From positions 41,428-105,427 of the forward strand of contig CAWDBA010000006.1 of assembly GCA_963800485.1 (NCBI GenBank): a stretch of DNA of 64,000 nt. Reading direction: 5' to 3'. Positions 42,811-52,012 of the stretch are shown here, in pieces; position 1 is the stretch's first letter; each line of letters begins with the position of its first letter. The notes beneath the pieces were generated by a model. That model worked only from the letters and a program-made list of their open reading frames with translations. It made no database searches and was not told where the DNA came from. Source of the DNA: an uncultured Actinomycetota bacterium. Its GTDB lineage: Bacteria; Actinomycetota; Actinomycetes; Propionibacteriales; Nocardioidaceae. The position numbers and the translations under genes were made by a program.

Positions 42811-44970
42811 TCAGTCATGCCGGATCTCCTCGATCAGGCTCGCACCCAGCTCGCGCTCCAACAAGGCCGCCCCGCCGAGGCCGGCGTCGACCGTCGGGTC
42901 CTCGGGGTCGACCTCGTCGTCGGGCACGTGGGCGGGCCCGGTCGGGGTGTGCCGCGACTGGTCGGCCGCGGCCGCGGCGGCAGCCTCCCAGGGACGCAGC
43001 CGCGAGGTGGCCGGCCCGGCCCACTCGTCGGGCGGCGGCTCCTCTGCCGGAGGCTCCTCGAGCGGGGGGCCGGAGTCAGGACGGCGCGCCGCAGGGCGAG
43101 GAGCCTGCTGCGGGGCGGGGGCCTGCTCCGCGGCGGGGGCCGGCGCGGACGAGCGCGAGTCGACCGCGGCTCGGGTGACCTTGGGGGCCGTCTCGGCGCC
43201 GGGACTGGCGGCGGCGTCGACGATCGCCTCGATCCGCCAGTCGGCGCCGACCACGTCGATCAGAGTCTGCCGCACGATCTCGGGCGACCCGCCCCCGATG
43301 AAGGAGTCGCGGGCCCCAGCGTTCTTGAAGCCGAGCGTGAGCACCTCGCCCTCCAGCGTCATCACCTGGGCCTGGGTGCTGAGGTGGATCCAGGTCACGC
43401 GGCGCCGCTGCTTGACCGCTTCGACGACGTCGGGCCACAGCCGGCGTACGTCGGCGAGGCTGAGGCCGCTCTGACTTGCCCGGGCGGGCTGTGCGCGCTC
43501 GGCCGCTGCCGCGGCGGCCGGGGCGTCGTGAGTCGCCTCCGCGGGCGGGGTCTCGGCCGGTGTGCGGTCGCCTGGCGGGTCGGCACGGTGGGGCTGCTCG
43601 GCACGCGCCGAGGCGGGGCGTTCGTAGTCGGGTGTCGGCTCGTTGGAGCTCGGCTGAGCAGCGGCGGGGGCCTCCGGCGGGTCGGCCTTCACCGGCGGGC
43701 GCTCGGCCTGCCGGCGTGCGGGGGCGACGTGCTCGGCCCGGGCGCTCGGGGTGGGGTCGGCCGGCGGGCTGACCACCGCGGCGCCGCTCGGCGTACCGCC
43801 CTCGATGTGCACGCGACGCTCGAGCCGGTCCAGGCGGGCGAGGACGCCCGCGGTGGTGTCGTCGGCGGTGGGAAGCAGCACCCGTGCGCAGATCAGCTCG
43901 AGCAGCAGACGCGGGGCGGTGGCCCCGCGCATCTCGGTGAGGCCGACGGCGACGAGGTCGGCCGCGCGACTCAGCTCGGCCCGGCCGAAGTGGGCGGACT
44001 GGGCGACCAGGCGCTCGGCCTGCTCCTCGCCGACGTCGACCAGGCCGGTCGCGGGGGCGTCGGGTACCGCGCTGATGACCACGAGGTCCCGCAGGCGGCG
44101 CAGGAGGTCCTCGGTGAACCGGCGGGGGTCCTGGCCCGACTCCACGACCCGGTCGACCGCGTCGAACACGGTGGCGCCGTCGCCGGCGGAGAACGCGTCG
44201 ACGACGTCGTCGAGCAGGGCGTCGGGCGTGTAGCCGAGCAGCGCGGTGGTGAGGCCGAGGGTGACGCCGTCGTCGCCCGAGCCGCCGATCAGCTGGTCGA
44301 GCACGGAGAGGGTGTCGCGGGCGGAGCCGCCACCGGCCCGCACCACCAGCGGCAGGGCGGCAGGCTCGATGGCGACGCCTTCGCGCTGGCAGAGGTCGGA
44401 GAGGTACGCCGACAGCGTGCGCGGCGGGATCAGGCGGAAGGGGTAGTGGTGGGTGCGCGACCGGATGGTGCCGATGACCTTTTCGGGCTCGGTCGTGGCG
44501 AAGACGAACTTGAGGTGCGGCGGCGGCTCCTCCACGAGCTTGAGCAGGGCATTGAAGCCCTGCGTCGTCACCATGTGCGCCTCGTCGATGATGTAGACCT
44601 TGTAGCGGCTGCTCACCGGCGCGAAGAACGCCTTCTCGCGCAGGTCCCGGGCGTCGTCGACACCACCATGGCTCGCCGCGTCGATCTCGATCACGTCGAT
44701 GGACCCCGGGCCGCCCCGGGCGAGGTCGATGCACGAGCGGCAGACCCCGCAGGGCTCGGGCGTGGGGCCCTGCTCGCAGTTCAGGGCGCGCGCCAGGATG
44801 CGTGCGCTCGTGGTCTTGCCGCAGCCGCGCGGCCCGGAGAAGAGGTAGGCGTGGTTGACCCGGTTGCTGGCCAGGGCGGCCCGTAGCGGCCCGGTGACGT
44901 GGTCCTGACCGATGACCTCGGCGAAGGTCTCGGGCCGGTAGCGCCGGTACAGCGCGAGGGGGGCATCCAC
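42811..44970 (-). CDS. dnaX: DNA polymerase III subunits gamma/tau
   Basis: LYRRYRP, GPRGCGKTT, EIDAAS, IIDEAH, FNALLK. Confidence 0.97.
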   Translation of the reverse strand: MDAPLALYRRYRPETFAEVIGQDHVTGPLRAALASNRVNHAYLFSGPRGCGKTTSARILARALNCEQGPTPEPCGVCRSCIDLARGGPGSIDVIEIDAASHGGVDDARDLREKAFFAPVSSRYKVYIIDEAHMVTTQGFNALLKLVEEPPPHLKFVFATTEPEKVIGTIRSRTHHYPFRLIPPRTLSAYLSDLCQREGVAIEPAALPLVVRAGGGSARDTLSVLDQLIGGSGDDGVTLGLTTALLGYTPDALLDDVVDAFSAGDGATVFDAVDRVVESGQDPRRFTEDLLRRLRDLVVISAVPDAPATGLVDVGEEQAERLVAQSAHFGRAELSRAADLVAVGLTEMRGATAPRLLLELICARVLLPTADDTTAGVLARLDRLERRVHIEGGTPSGAAVVSPPADPTPSARAEHVAPARRQAERPPVKADPPEAPAAAQPSSNEPTPDYERPASARAEQPHRADPPGDRTPAETPPAEATHDAPAAAAAAERAQPARASQSGLSLADVRRLWPDVVEAVKQRRRVTWIHLSTQAQVMTLEGEVLTLGFKNAGARDSFIGGGSPEIVRQTLIDVVGADWRIEAIVDAAASPGAETAPKVTRAAVDSRSSAPAPAAEQAPAPQQAPRPAARRPDSGPPLEEPPAEEPPPDEWAGPATSRLRPWEAAAAAAADQSRHTPTGPAHVPDDEVDPEDPTVDAGLGGAALLERELGASLIEEIRHD

Positions 44971-45049
44971 GGGCCCGACCCTAACCGCGATGACCGACCG
45001 GCAGGAGAGGTCGTCCACCCCGGGCCGGCTGGACCGCCGTCACCCTCGG

Positions 45050-45470
45050 CCTAGGGCCGTCTGTGGAAGGTGACCCGGCGTCCGGGGTCGATCACGAGCC
45101 GGTGGCCGGGTGGTGGGCCTGGCGGTGGTGCCGGGGACGGAGCAGGACCGGTGGCCGGTCACCACCTTCTGCGCGGCAGCCGCGGTCGCCGATGCCGATC
45201 GCGATCCTCTGGCCCGGGTGTGCGGCGGCGTTCGCGGCCGAGGTCGAGGGGTGGGGAGGCGCCGCCGAGGACCAGGGGGGCAGTGCGGAGGTGCCGGGCC
45301 GGCAGGGCGGCGACCTTCGCCGAGAGCCGTTCCAGGTCGCCGGCGGTCTGGGCGGCCTCGGGGCCGGTCAGGGACCACAGCGGGGTGGCGGCGGCGCCGT
45401 CGAGCAGGGCGTGCCTCGTCTGGGTCGCGCCGGTGGCCGGGTGCTGCCGGGGTGTCGCCTCTGCGGTCAT
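45050..45470 (-). pseudogene. Internally deleted DUF222/HNH (13E12-like) endonuclease remnant
   Basis: N-terminus HP..LD..TPLWSL..LERLSAKVA. In other frames are LLRPRHHRQAHH (HNH end) and terminal VTFHRRP*. Confidence 0.55.
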
Positions 45471-45473
45471 GGA

Positions 45474-45489
45474 TCGAACCTAGGTTCGA
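45474..45489. promoter_or_regulatory. LexA SOS box
   Basis: Perfect actinobacterial consensus TCGAAC-ctag-GTTCGA, 3 bp before ATG 45470. Confidence 0.8.
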
Positions 45490-45530
45490 CAGTCGCCCCG
45501 TTCGGCGAGCCCGCGTCAGGGCACACAAAA

Positions 45531-45620
45531 AGGCCCCCCGCGCACCCGACAGAGCACGCCTGCCCTTGCTGCCTTCCGGCCCTGGGGGAGTTCAGCATGA
45601 TGCCGCCACGCGGGGGGTTG
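45531..45620 (-). ncRNA. ffs: Signal recognition particle 4.5S RNA
   Basis: Minus strand CCAGGGCCGGAAGGCAGCAAGG helix-8 motif within a long CCCCCCGCG/CGCGGGGGG stem, with T tail. TAGACT -10; upstream of dnaX. Confidence 0.93.
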
Positions 45621-45722
45621 GCCAGAGTCTAGGACAGGCGCCGGTCGCCGTCCCCACCCGGGCCGGAGCTCCCCGCGCAGCCCGGTTTCACGCCTCGGCG
45701 GGTCACCGGTATTCTCCCTCGC

Positions 45723-45810
45723 GGAGGATTCGCCTAGTGGCCTATGGCGCTCGCTTGGAAAGCGGGTTGGGTGCAAGCCCTCAGGGGTTCGAATCCCCTA
45801 TCCTCCGCCA
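45723..45810 (+). tRNA. tRNA-Ser(GGA)
   Basis: GGAGGAT..ATCCTCC-GCCA, anticodon arm ctcgc-tt-GGA-aa-gcggg, long variable arm, GGTTCGAATCC. Confidence 0.97.
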
Positions 45811-45879
45811 CGCTGACCAGCGAGAACGCCGATCCGGCCTCATGGCCCGGGTCGGCGGCGAGCCGTAGCCGATCCCGTG

Positions 45880-46244
45880 GCCTCGGACCTCCTGGTGGCG
45901 ACGCAGGATCGCTGAGACGGTCCGGGCCGGCATCCCGAGCTCGGGACCGATCCAGTCCTGTCCGCGCCGCTGCTCCGCTCGCAACTGCAGGATCCGCTGT
46001 TCGACCTCGACCCGGGTGCGTCGTGACATCGGTGCGGACGAGACGATCGGTCGAGCAGGCCGGCCTCGCCCTCGGCGCGGAACCGGGCGACCCAACGGTG
46101 GACGACGACCATGCAGATTCAGACGGCATGAGCGCGGGCCACAAGGGCCTTCTGGTTGGTGAAGACGTCAGACATCTCCACCAAGCCGGGAGGTCCTCCC
46201 CGTTCACAAGACCCACACCGTCACCAACGTCCCTGCCGAGTACA
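45880..46244 (-). mobile_element. IS481-family remnant (left end plus degraded HTH region)
   Basis: Minus strand begins TGTACTCGGCAGGGACGTTGGTGAC. Fragments LNLHGR, HRWVARFRAEGEAGLLDRSSRPH, RTVSAILRRH; no DDE domain. Confidence 0.8.
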
Positions 46245-46289
46245 GCTGATATGGAGTGACTTCCTGTCAAGAGGCAGGGAGAGGCGCCC

Positions 46290-46520
46290 GTCCCGATGCC
46301 TCGGGGCGGGCGCCTCGTGCTTCGTCGCTGTGGGGCTGGTGAGCGTGTCGTTGGCGACGCGCGGTCAGACTGATATGCGCGGGTTGGCTACCGCAGGACG
46401 GTGCTTTCGGCAGGAGCGGGACCGCGTGTCCAGCAGCGAGCGTCACGGGCACAGTGCCCGTTGCTCATAGGTGTTGCGCGGGTCGCTCCCCGCGCTGCCA
46501 CCGGCCCGCTGGGGCGGCGA
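46290..46520 (-). ncRNA. Candidate bridge/seek RNA in the IS1111-type downstream non-coding region
   Basis: Several hairpins; contains ACCGUC and CAUAUCAG matching the two halves of the predicted element junction. Boundaries approximate. Confidence 0.55.
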
Positions 46521-47015
46521 AGCAGATCAGGGTTTCCTCGTCCTCCATGACCGCCAGCGACCAGGACCAGCCGGCGAGCTCTCGGGCGATCGCGACGTTG
46601 GCGATCGTGTACTTCTTGCGGCGGTCGATGAACGTCACCCACCGCTCGTGCAGTCGACGGTTGCCCTCATCGCCACGAGCCCTGGCTGCCACGGGTGCAA
46701 GATCCCAGCGCTCGCGCATGGTCTTGCCGACGGTGTAGCGGGCGCGGTGGTGCCAGTCGCCGATCTCGCCGATCGCGGTATCGAGCCGGTCCCATCGCGC
46801 CTTGACGCCCAGCACGGTCTCGTCGTCGGAGTCGAGCGTCCGCCGGGTCGCACGAGTACTCAGCTGCGGGAGCGCGTCGTGACGCAGCCAGGCGTCGTGC
46901 TTGCCGGTCCACGACCGGCCGCCGTAGTAGACGATCCCGTGACGCCGTCGATCGCTGCAGCCGCAACAGATCGTGCGTGCACGTCGACCCAACACTCGTA
47001 CGCTCTGTAAGACAC
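46465..47015 (-). pseudogene. IS110 DEDD recombinase pseudogene with multiple internal deletions and frameshifts
   Basis: Only ~550 bp remain; N-terminal, central and C-terminal motifs are joined out of register. Confidence 0.8.
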
Positions 47016-47175
47016 CGGGGCGTCCCACACCTGTCGGATAGGCCGAGCAGGCAACCCCTGCTCGGTAGCCCACGAACATGCGTGAGTGAGGCCCCGGCCC
47101 GCAACCACTCAGTCGCTCCGAGCGGTCACTCCATACCGTCTGGCGGCGTGATCTCTGACCTGGAACGATGACTCG

Positions 47176-48888
47176 ATGAGGAGCGAACCGCCAGACCGGG
47201 GTGCCGCCGGCGACCGGCCCGTGGCGACGTCCAAACGAAGACGTGGCGGTAGTGACCCCACCTCAGATCGCCTCTCGCGCTCTCTCGGAATGGGGCAGAT
47301 CACCGCGAGCGGCGTAGGGATCATCATCGGAGCTGGCATCTACGTTCTGCTTGGCGCCGCGACCGCCGAGGCCGGTGCCGCTGTGTGGATCTCCTTCCTG
47401 ATCGCTGGCGCGTTGAGCGCCCTGACTGCCCTCAGCTACGCAGAGCTCGCCGCGATGTTCCCGAGCGCTGGCGCCGAGTACGACTACACCCGCCGCGTCG
47501 CCCCCGAATGGATCGCCTTCCTGATCGGATGGATCATGATCCTCGGTCTCGTTGTGGCCGCGGCAGCCGTCTCGCTGGGCTTCGCAAGCTATCTCCGCTA
47601 CTTCGTCGATGTGCCCGCACGAGTTGGGGCGTGGGCTCTCCTCGGTCTCATCACGACGATCGCCCTGGTCGGCATCCAGCAGTCCACCAGGGTGACAGTC
47701 GTGCTGTCCGCGATCCAAGTTGGCGGGCTCACCGTGATCGTCGCCATCGGCATTCCCCACATCGGCGAGCACAACCTCTTCGAAGGCTCTACGACTGCCG
47801 GAGTCGTCACGGCTGCGGCGCTCGTGTTCTTCGCGTTCGTCGGGTTCGACGAAGTCATCACCCTTGCCGAGGAGACAACCAACCCGGCCCGCACCGTGCC
47901 CCGAGCACTGCTACTCGCACTCGGCATCTCAACAGTCCTCTACGTAGCCGTCGCGGTCGCCGGGATCAGCGTCCTGGGGCCTGAAGCGCTCGCCGAATCA
48001 GAACAACCGCTCGCCGACGTGATGAGCGAAGCGATCGGATCCCCCTCGGCAACGATCCTCGCCGTCGTAGCACTCATCGCCACCACCAACACCACCCTGC
48101 TCGCGGTCACCGCCGCCTCCCGCCTGCTCTACGGCATGGCTGACACCGATGCACTCCCCTCACACTTCGCACGCCTCAGCCGACGCCGCGCCCCGTGGAT
48201 CTCGATCCTGTCAGCATCAGCGATCGCCGCCGGTTTCGTCGTCCTCGGAGACCTCCAGCTCGTCGCAAGCGTCACCGACTTCGCCGTCTATGTCGTCTTC
48301 ATCGCCGTGAACCTAACGGTCATCCTCCTCCGCTTCTGGCAACCAAAGCGACGCCGACCATTCGCTATTCGCGGCTCGGTCGCGAGAGTTCCCGTCACCC
48401 CCGTCCTCGCCCTCGCCGCAATCGCCGTTCTCATGCCGTCACTCGCACCCACCGCCTTGGCGCTCGGTGCGGTCGTTGCCGGAATCGGGCTCGCAGTTTT
48501 CGCACTGCTTCGCTACTTCCGACCACCAACCGAACAGCACCAAACGACCCAGAAGGAGACAATGACGCCACGAACACGCATTCAACGAAACGAAGCTGTA
48601 GAGACCGCGAAGACCCTGCGGGTCGACTTCGCCGCAGTCGCATTCGACCTAGACCAATTTCATCAGGGCATGGGAATCGAGCTCCAACACGGCACCGGCG
48701 ACCCTGACACGAACATCACCAACGATGACCTCATCGCCACCGGAAAGATCGCGCTCGCACATCTCAACGAGATCCCCGACTACTACACCCGACTCGCCAG
48801 GATGGAAGCAGAAGCCTCACGGGAATGGAAGGAGAAGCCTCGCGGCGCCGGTAGCTCACGGGAGCGACGGCCGCCGAACGCGGGGTAG
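47176..48888 (+). CDS. APC-family amino acid permease fused in frame to a DUF5661-like C-terminal domain
   Basis: IIGAGIY, YAELAAMFPSAGAEY, FFAFVGF, AEET, ~12 TMs. Then GMGIELQHG..KIALAHLNEIPDYYTRL. Confidence 0.85.
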   Translation: MRSEPPDRGAAGDRPVATSKRRRGGSDPTSDRLSRSLGMGQITASGVGIIIGAGIYVLLGAATAEAGAAVWISFLIAGALSALTALSYAELAAMFPSAGAEYDYTRRVAPEWIAFLIGWIMILGLVVAAAAVSLGFASYLRYFVDVPARVGAWALLGLITTIALVGIQQSTRVTVVLSAIQVGGLTVIVAIGIPHIGEHNLFEGSTTAGVVTAAALVFFAFVGFDEVITLAEETTNPARTVPRALLLALGISTVLYVAVAVAGISVLGPEALAESEQPLADVMSEAIGSPSATILAVVALIATTNTTLLAVTAASRLLYGMADTDALPSHFARLSRRRAPWISILSASAIAAGFVVLGDLQLVASVTDFAVYVVFIAVNLTVILLRFWQPKRRRPFAIRGSVARVPVTPVLALAAIAVLMPSLAPTALALGAVVAGIGLAVFALLRYFRPPTEQHQTTQKETMTPRTRIQRNEAVETAKTLRVDFAAVAFDLDQFHQGMGIELQHGTGDPDTNITNDDLIATGKIALAHLNEIPDYYTRLARMEAEASREWKEKPRGAGSSRERRPPNAG

Positions 48889-48937
48889 GCCCGGTTGTGG
48901 ATCGCTCAGCGGTACGTGGCCGAGAGGGCGCAGTCGG
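48884..48937 (+). repeat. 54-bp target-site duplication, left copy
   Basis: Matches 50646-50699 with one mismatch. Confidence 0.92.
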
Positions 48938-50645
48938 CCTGACTCGTGCCACTTGACCGCGGATCGGTGACTGCGTCGGCGTCTTCGCAGGTGAGCGCGT
49001 TGCGGCGTCGTTGATTGACACACCCCGGGGCTCGGTAGGGTCCGGCCGGTGGTGTTCGTGCGGAAGTCCCCGGGTCGATCGGGCAGCACGAAGGTCCAGA
49101 TCGCTGAGCGTCGTGATGGGCGCGATGTCGTGGTCGAGCACGTCGGCACGGCCCGCACCGACGCCGAGCTGGCGGTGCTCATGGCCCAGGCACGCCGGCG
49201 GCTGCACGAGGGGCAGGAGACTCTCGACCTGGAGGTCGTCGGGCTTGAGGATGAGGGCGTGCCGCAGCGGCCTGGCCTGATCACGAGCAAGCGCTCGGCG
49301 CTGTTGTGGCAGGTCCTGACCGAGGCGTACGCCCGGCTGGGGTTCGACGTCATCGACGATGAGGCCTTCGCCCAGCTCGTGCTGGCGCGGATCATCGAGC
49401 CGACCTCGAAGGCCGACTCGGTGCGGGTGCTGAACGAGATCGGGGTGGCGTCGGCGTCGCTGCGCACGATGTTCCGCTGCGCTGCAACGAGCCAAGGAGC
49501 GCGACTACCGCGCCCAGATCGCCACGGCCTGCTTCAGCCACGCGATGACCAACGGCGACGTGAGCCTGGTGCTCTACGACGTGACCACGCTCTACTTCGA
49601 GGCAGAGAAGGAAGACGAGCTGCGCAAGGTCGGCTACAGCAAGGAGCGCCGCGTCGACCCGCAGATCGTGGTCGGGTCTGCTGGTGGACCGACACGGGTT
49701 CCCACTCGAGATCGGCTGCTTCGAGGGCAACAAGGCCGAGACGTTGACGATCATCCCGATCGTCAAGCAGTTCGCCGAGCGCCACGGCATCGCGGACATG
49801 GTCGTGGTCGCCGACGCCGGGATGTTGTCCTCGACGAACCTGCGCGATCTGGACGAGGCCGGGCTGCGGTTCATCGTCGGCTCCCGGGTCACCAAGGCAC
49901 CGAAGGATCTGGAGTCCCACTTCCGCTGGCACGGCACCGCGTTCACCGACGGGCAGGTCATCGACACCATCACCCCACGCGACCAGCGCGGCACCGCGGT
50001 GAAGACCAGCGACCCGAAGGTCGAGGCCGAGCCGGTCTGGGACCCGGCGGTGCATGCGAAGTCGTGGCGGGCGGTGTGGGCCTACTCCCGCAAGCGGGCC
50101 GTGCGGGACAACACGACCCTGACCTTGCAGGAGAACAAGGCCCGCGCCGTCGTGGCCGGAGAGAAGGCCGCCGGACGCCACGGTTCGTGAAGACCCGCAA
50201 CGGCGCCACCGAGCTCGACGAGACCTCGCTGGCAAGGGCGCGCGGCCTGGTCGGGTTGAAGGGCTACGTCACCAACATCGAGGCCGGCCTGATGCCCGCG
50301 GGCGAGGTGATCGCGAGCTACCACGACCTGTGGCACGTCGAGCAGTCCTTCCGGATGTCGAAGACCGACCTGGCTGCGCGGCCGATGTTCCACCACACCC
50401 GCGAGGCGATCGAGGCCCACCTCACGATCGTGTTCGCCGCCCTCGCGATCGCCCGCCACCTGCAGAACGCCACCGGGCTGAGCATCAAGAAGATCGTCCA
50501 GACCCTGCGACCGATCCAGCAGATCACCGTCCGCATCGCCGGCCACGAACACATCGCCGCCGACCCGATCACCCCAGCCGCCGAGGCGATCCTCGACGCC
50601 CTCGGGATCAGCCCTCAGTGACACACCCCGGTGGCACGAGTCAGG
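48938..50645 (+). mobile_element. IS1634-family (IS1549-like) insertion sequence
   Basis: 15-bp perfect IRs CCTGACTCGTGCCAC / GTGGCACGAGTCAGG and long flanking direct repeats. Confidence 0.92.
49049..50621 (+). pseudogene. IS1634 transposase with three single-base frameshifts
   Basis: ARIIEPTSK, LYDVTTLYFE, GYSKE, VADAGM, GLKGYVTN, VEQSFRMSK, IEAHL split over frames at ~49480, ~49676 and ~50172. Confidence 0.85.
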
Positions 50646-50699
50646 GGTAGGCCCGGTCGTGGATCGCTCAGCGGTACGTGGCCGAGAGGGCGCAGTCGG
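50646..50699 (+). repeat. 54-bp target-site duplication, right copy
   Basis: Direct repeat of 48884-48937. Confidence 0.92.
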
Positions 50700-51109
50700 T
50701 CGGAGAAACCCGGTAGACGTAGTGAAGCAGGACGTCCACCGGGTTCTCCGGTTCCATCGGTCGTTCGCCGACGCGCCGCAGACCCGCCTTCCCGCCAGGT
50801 CCGGTCGACTGCCATCGCGACGATGCGTGACCCCAAGCCGCGGCCGCGCTGTGCCGCATCGCCGATCAGCTAGTCGAGCTCGACGGCGCCGTCAGGTACG
50901 TCAACGAGCGCCGAGGACTCCGCGAGGTCCTGCGGGTAGTCACTGATCATCGAACGCTGGACCAGCCCGACGAGTTGACCACGGCTCCATCCGTGTTGCT
51001 CGCGATTCCACCACCGAGCCACCTGCGGGTTCCGCAGCCACCTGGCTAGCAGGGGAAGGTCGGTCGCGACCATCGACCGCCAGGTCAGGACACCGCCCCC
51101 AGTCTCCAT
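50668..51109 (-). pseudogene. GNAT acetyltransferase (AAC(6')-like) pseudogene
   Basis: DLPLLARWL..VARWW, ELD*LIG..RGRGLG with in-frame TAG, then frameshifted tail. Confidence 0.7.
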
Positions 51110-51193
51110 CAGGCAGCCTAGGGGACGGGTCCGTCACGTGAGGATCCCGTACTGGCACGCTCCGCGTGACGATCGCCTTGGGGCCAAGACGCG

Positions 51194-51865
51194 TCACCGG
51201 GTCCGCAGCCAGCGGACGCCGAGGGCGACGGAGACCAGGAGGGGCCAGAGCCACCAGCCGAACAGCACGACGGCGAACAGATCGACAGGCGACGGCAAGG
51301 TCAGGCCGACTATCGTCGCGGCGCCGGCGCCTGCCATCGCGAACCCGATCCAGGAAGCCCAGCGCGCCATCAGCCCGTGCCGCAGCGCCAGCCATGAGTA
51401 GGTAGCGACCAGGACCATACAGGGAGCCGCGACGGTGAGGGTGTACAGCCACTGGGTGACGGCCGCGACGTCGTACATCGTGACGACGGTGACGTCTGAG
51501 GCCTCCGACAGCTGATCGGGCAGTCCGAAGATCGAGGTCACGGCGGTCAAGTACATGATCTGGGCAGCGATGACAGCGCTGAGGGAAACGAGGACGACGG
51601 GCCCGATCCAGCCCCGCCGGGACTGGCGGACCAGTTGCGCTAGGCCGGTCACGAAGAAGAGGAGCAGTCCGACACAGATGAGCGAAGCCAGAGTGTTGGC
51701 CCTGATCGTGCCTGCGTTGTCGGCGGCGTAGTGGCGGATCTGCGCGGCGGTCGCCCTTCCGGCCTCGGGTGACACCTCCGGCGCGAAGGTGCCGATGCTC
51801 GCGAGGAACAAGAGAAGACCGGTGAGCGCGGTCCGGCCAAGCACCCGACGGCTCGGTGCGTTCAT
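51194..51865 (-). CDS. Multi-TM membrane protein (DUF4386-like)
   Basis: Six hydrophobic segments; GAGAGGA RBS; divergent from a histidine kinase. Confidence 0.7.
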   Translation of the reverse strand: MNAPSRRVLGRTALTGLLLFLASIGTFAPEVSPEAGRATAAQIRHYAADNAGTIRANTLASLICVGLLLFFVTGLAQLVRQSRRGWIGPVVLVSLSAVIAAQIMYLTAVTSIFGLPDQLSEASDVTVVTMYDVAAVTQWLYTLTVAAPCMVLVATYSWLALRHGLMARWASWIGFAMAGAGAATIVGLTLPSPVDLFAVVLFGWWLWPLLVSVALGVRWLRTR

Positions 51866-52012
51866 GACCAGTCCTCTCGGTAGGTTGCTCGCCCAAGCGT
51901 GGGCTCACCCGGCCCCGTGCCGCGTCCTCCCTGGGTCGCGACCGGGTCATCCTCAGGTGGCGGCTGGTGGCTCATCGCACGTGTCGGAGATCAGCGCGGA
52001 TATCGTGGCTGG

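Larger units (their letters stand above)
46246..47143 (-). mobile_element. IS110-family (IS1111-type) non-autonomous element with subterminal IRs
   Basis: 11-bp IRs TATGGAGTGAC (46250-60) / GTCACTCCATA (47125-35). Transposase fragments DVHARSV, RRHGIVY, EIGDW, VAIARELAGW; ~200-bp downstream non-coding region. Confidence 0.85.

Noticed and set aside
43400-43800. dnaX programmed frameshift or insertion
   Set aside because: No A-rich slippery site; the Pro/Ala-rich linker is normal for actinobacterial DnaX.
45780-45830. attL/attR of an integrative element at tRNA-Ser
   Set aside because: No second copy of the tRNA 3' end and no integrase seen by eye in the window; they may lie beyond it.
49470-50180. 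Programmed frameshifting in the IS1634 transposase
   Set aside because: Three scattered single-base indels without slippery motifs; decay or sequencing error is more likely.
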